Source: Sporopachydermia quercuum
Lineage: Eukaryota
Direction: 5' to 3'
NCBI GenBank assembly: GCA_001599295.1
Contig: BCGN01000003.1
Coordinates: forward strand, 558,001 to 622,000
DNA: 64,000 nt
How positions within the stretch are numbered: the first letter of the stretch is position 1; each line of letters begins with the position of its first letter. Positions 61,000 to 64,000 of this stretch are shown here, one piece after another. Made by a program: the position numbers and the translations under genes. The notes beneath the pieces are model-generated. The model made no database searches. It saw only the letters and a list, made by a program, of their open reading frames with translations, and was not told the origin of the DNA.

Positions 61000-62742
61000 C
61001 AGCAGTCCTACCTTTTGATTGTGGAATCAAGTATTTACTTGGGTAATAGTATTCTGAAGCCCTCTGATTAGATACGATAGTCAACTGGCGGCTCGCTATG
61101 TATCCGAAATGATCAAGTCCCAAGTGTACCCCGACGTCATGTGATGAAATTTAGAACTAGTATAAAATTACATAATCAGTCAGTAATATTATCACGTGAA
61201 AATATCACATGATCAAACATGTGACTATACATAACATGTAAACATTCTGTTTTATCCTCTACTGAAGTTAGATGATCATCCCGGGGTCCTAACATCTGAT
61301 ATTTCATAATAATATGATCATTCTTGGCGGTGAAGAAGTTCTCGAGGCTGGAATAGCTGGAAAATACTCATACGTTCGACAAAAGTAATGTTTTCAAGGT
61401 CTGTCTGTCAGGTCTCAGTCACATTTTCGATCAGTCAGTACTTGTATAGTCAATCACCATGACCATACATATTATGATGGTTTTGACAGACAGAAAATTA
61501 ATTGTTTTTCAGCTGAAGCATGAACTCTTTCCAGTCTCCCTACAGGTGAACATTTTATGAAATGTATTTGATTAACTTTCAGTAAGAGAGTTTAACCTAG
61601 AAAAGTCAAACATGGGAGTTATGAATTGGCAATTATATGAAAACTGAGTATAAACTTGTTCATCAGACTCAGGCCCAGACTTAAACTAGCCATTGGTTTG
61701 GTGAATGAAATCTTTGAGCTGCAATTAAAGTAAAACCATTAAGAATCATTTTGACTTGCTAGTGATTTTATCTCATTCATCAAAAACTATAACTGTGAAA
61801 CAATCTCCAAAATTTAGAACTCGTTAAGTTCTTTCACACCCACATTGAAATATAAAGTAAATATTTCTTTCTATTGTTTCTTTAAAGTTTCTTCAGAGAG
61901 GGTCTGATCTAATTAAAGTTTGTATTACATTGAGGTAAATTCCTAAATAAGCAAGTTTTCCATTGAAGTTGGATACTAAACCTTACTTTCTAAAGCTACC
62001 ACCCCTGAATTATATTATCAAATCAATCAAAGACATCAATCAATCAGTCAAACCGGTTTTCATTGAATATGAAAGAATCATAACAAAAGGAGAACGCAAA
62101 TATTGGATAATGACTTGATTTGCTTATATAATTAAACAATTGTACAGAAGATTCAGCCCAATCCACAAACAAGGTAAAATCAGTATTGAATACATCTACT
62201 GAAAGTCTGAACTTAACTTGANTGACTCGGTAACGAATGTAAGAGTTTCATTGTTATTCAGCTGTTTCAATGAAAAATAATTGAAATACCACCGATTGCA
62301 ACTATTCAGAATTTAAAATAAACTAATTTCTCTCCACTCATCTTCAGTTCCCATCTTTACATCTCCATTTGATCTTAGCTTGAGTTGAAAGTGATTCAGA
62401 TCTTGAAGCATGGTAGATCGACTAGATCGATCATGGAAACTTTATATTGGAAAGTGAACTCGTTACTCTTTGTTAAGGGGAAAAAGTGAACCAACAGCCA
62501 AGTCTAGGGAGTCAAAAAATTGGAAACCCCTTATTCTCAGTTCATCAATTATTCTTAACCTTGGCGCTATATTTAAATAACATATATATACATGAAAATT
62601 TCTGGGAATTTAATGTCCCTTTTTTTTTCTCTTCTTTTTCTTTCCATTTTTTGTCTTCTAAGAATATAATATTTAGTTTTTATTCTTGTTTGACTATCTA
62701 TACTAGATTCACCACTGGAAAGATCTATATAATAGAACCAAG

Positions 62743-63453
62743 ATGCAATTTCTTACTGCTGTATCATTATCATCACTTTTAGCTTTGAAAGCTTTGGCTC
62801 AAGCCCATGGTGAGGAGTACGCCCAAACTATGGGTCCTGTTGCCCTGATGTACCCTGATGACCGTGCTTGGGATGCTGCTATTGATAACACTGCTCCTTG
62901 TGGATCATATGCTTCAGTCGGTAACAGATCTGAGTTCCCATTGACCAATGGTTTTGTCGCCTTAGTTGCTCAAGCTGATGCCTGGGATGTTGCTGTTAGA
63001 ATCTCTTACAGTCAAAATCCTACTTCCAATAATGATTTCGACGAAATCATCCATGGGAATTTGACCGCAGAAGTTGATGTTGGTCACACTTGTTTCTACC
63101 TTCCTGACCAGCCTTCCAACATTGATGTTGGTGATGTTGCTACCATTCAATTGGAATACATGGCTTTGGACGGATCTGAGAACATTTCACACTTTGCCTG
63201 TGCTGATATCCAGTTTGTTGAAGAGAGTGTTTTCAAGAGGACTACCGGAGCTTTGAGTTGTTTCAATGCTACTGTTCAAGATGATGATGAAGAAGATGAA
63301 GATGAAGAAGAAAGTTCTGCTTACAGTGCTGATACTGAACCAGTTGCTGCTGCTACCACCTCCACTGAAACTTCAGAGGACAGTGCTGTCGTTAACAGTT
63401 TATCAGGACCTGTTTTGGCTCTTGCTGGTTTGGCTGCCGCTTTCTTGATGTAA
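62743..63453 (+). CDS. Secreted GPI-anchored protein with BIM1/X325 (LPMO-like) type domain
   Basis: Signal peptide ending AQA/H; YP..R..DNTAPCG, NRSEFPL, GHTC, ATIQLEY and FACAD; acidic S/T linker; hydrophobic GPI tail. Confidence 0.7.
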   Translation: MQFLTAVSLSSLLALKALAQAHGEEYAQTMGPVALMYPDDRAWDAAIDNTAPCGSYASVGNRSEFPLTNGFVALVAQADAWDVAVRISYSQNPTSNNDFDEIIHGNLTAEVDVGHTCFYLPDQPSNIDVGDVATIQLEYMALDGSENISHFACADIQFVEESVFKRTTGALSCFNATVQDDDEEDEDEEESSAYSADTEPVAAATTSTETSEDSAVVNSLSGPVLALAGLAAAFLM

Positions 63454-64000
63454 ATTATTTTCAAAAACAACTTTTATCTTAGATTCTATTAATGTGAATT
63501 TGTAATAACATTATACATTTATTGATCCTATCGTCTTTTAATCTAACTATTGGTTTCAGTAGAAAGTTTTCATTTTAAAATGATCAATACGCAACAGAGA
63601 GCGTTCATGGAAAAGTGGCGAACACCAAATTACAACAACTATGTGAACGTCTTAGAGAGGTTTCTACCTAAATACTAAGAATTAGCCGATGAATACTTCT
63701 ACTAATGAATAGAATATAACAATTGGCGATCAAAAAATCACCAGCAGACTTTTCATATAAATACTTTATTTCTGATGGTATTTGCTTTTTAGTTTATTTC
63801 TTTGTCGATTCATTTTCTCCATACTTTTTATGCTATAGAGATAAAAAAGATAAGCAGATCTTATAGATAAAGCCTGCGAGAGACCCTGCGAAATACGAGA
63901 GACAACTCCAATTAAGGTTGCCACTTTAATGCCTTAAAGAAGCGGTATACTTAACTTTAAAACACTTACATTGCATTTGCGGACTCCGGTTGACAAATCC

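Overview
Eukaryotic, AT-rich budding-yeast (Saccharomycotina-type) chromosomal DNA; CTG reads as Leu at conserved positions. It holds about 24 protein genes, many in blocks whose order matches my recollection of S. cerevisiae: KAR9-DIM1-KEL3, PCM1-SOM1, MMS2-MAD1-LCL3-GUP1, RHO4-TRM2-LCB3/YSR3 and YCR090C-MSH3-FPK1/KIN82-TRM112. The rest are a patatin lipase, a CLC channel, GLE2, CCDC124, a VAM3-like syntaxin, ASN1/2, a PPR protein, an orphan membrane protein and a GPI-anchored BIM1/X325-like protein. Five short genes are spliced and are missed or truncated by the ORF track; I rebuilt them by hand from GTAAGT/GTATGT/GTACGT, branch-point and AG signals. They include an unannotated 3-exon, 94-aa membrane microprotein and a 5-exon gene with a 9-nt micro-exon. 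The best non-obvious find is an intron-encoded box C/D snoRNA (U61/SNORD61-like guide, predicting an 18S 2'-O-methyl-U not known in S. cerevisiae) in an apparently non-coding spliced host. Other leads are a mitochondrial-presequence-like extension on Dim1, a CLC paralog with a proton-glutamate E->Q change, 5'UTR introns in PCM1 and ASN, and a G33 tract upstream of MSH3. No tRNA, rRNA, transposon or CRISPR was recognised. All family calls come from motif recognition, not database searches.
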